From the NCBI GenBank assembly GCA_040285855.1, contig JAUFOQ010000016.1, positions 2,790,001 to 2,854,000 on the forward strand: 64,000 nucleotides of DNA, given 5' to 3'. The position numbers and the translations under genes are program-made. The notes beneath the pieces were generated by a model, which saw only the letters and a program-made list of their open reading frames with translations, did not search any database and was not told the DNA's origin. Below, piece by piece: positions 63,242 to 64,000 of the stretch (the stretch's first letter is position 1; every line of letters begins with the position of its first letter). Origin of the DNA: Eukaryota sp. GEM-RC1. Taxonomy: Eukaryota.

Positions 63242-64000
63242 AGTGTAGATTATCATAGTATGAGAATCATAGATTATAAACCAACTTAATTTCATTCATT
63301 GTATGTCCACTAACTCCATACAGCATCAATACGTATTGGCTGAAAACGCCGACGTGGAACTCACCTCAGATCCAGGATCTCTTCCCAGCATCAATATGCT
63401 GAAGACTTCTCTTGGGAAGGAGGTATCCCCTTCTGAAAAAGAAAGTAAACCTTCAATCCTTCCTCTCTCCGAGGATAAACAGGATGAGAATGTCCTTCTC
63501 AGTCCTGACGACAAGAGCATCCCTCTTGTTCGTAAATCTTCAAACTCAACGACAAGAGTGTCCCTCCTGTTCGTAAACCCAAGAGTGTCCCTCCTGTTCG
63601 TAAAACTAAGAGTGTCCCTTCGAAGAAGACTTCTTCTAAGAAGAATAAGCTCAAAGTAACGTATCTTCCAAATGGGATAAAAACATCTGACCCAGATGAT
63701 ATCAGAACCCCTGATCCCAACAAGAAGAGTTACGTAAACGACAAAAACTTCAATCGAACAGGGATAGCTTTAAACCCTAAAGAACTCCGTGAAAATCGTG
63801 AACTCCACACGAAGCTGTTGATTGAAAGATATGGTGACATCAACGCCGAACTCATCCGTCTTGGGAAAGAACAGGCTGAACAGAATAAGTCAGCTTCAGA
63901 GGATGACTTGTCTCTCAGTCCCCTCCATGTTTCATCTCCAGACAAGACTCCCCCAAAAGACGACATTTCACCCAGCAGCGATTCCCTGCCTATCCCAATT
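63242..64000 (+). mobile_element. Dispersed copy of the array Gypsy family (5' end; runs off the window)
   Basis: Starts AG-TGTAGATTATCATAG with the same 59-bp spacer; ATG at 63303 (MSTNSIQHQY...). It has several substitutions and lacks one gag repeat unit. Confidence 0.95.

Noticed and set aside
63206..63244. Hairpin followed by CTAG-T as a Helitron 3' end
   Set aside because: The stem is AT-rich with atypical spacing and there is no other Helitron evidence; the AG is better explained as the Gypsy terminus.

Overview
This is eukaryotic, AT-rich DNA with no visible introns, most plausibly from a microbial eukaryote (inference). Many homopolymer indels suggest a long-read assembly. The window has three parts. 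(1) Bases 1-25293 are a head-to-tail array of at least 4.2 near-identical ~6.0-kb Ty3/Gypsy elements on the minus strand (gag-CCHC-PR-RT-RNaseH-integrase-chromodomain, probably one ~1,980-aa ORF). Only 59 bp separate one copy's stop codon from the next ATG, so there is no conventional long LTR. A further copy starts at 63242 on the plus strand. (2) Bases ~25.3-35 kb are transposon debris: MULE, CRE/R2-like non-LTR, pogo, three hATs, and a second Gypsy family that is also head-to-tail. (3) Bases ~35-63 kb hold four co-oriented paralogues in which an RNF213-like C-terminal module (RZ-type zinc finger plus helical C-terminal region) is fused behind RING+protein kinase (three genes) or BTB (one gene). 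They lie next to a truncated RNF213/mysterin-like AAA+ gene. The RZ-like finger is hypervariable between paralogues while its flanks are nearly identical. The best candidates for undescribed biology are this shuffled RNF213-RZ ubiquitin-ligase cluster and the mini-LTR tandem Gypsy array. Family assignments come from motif recognition by eye, not from database searches.
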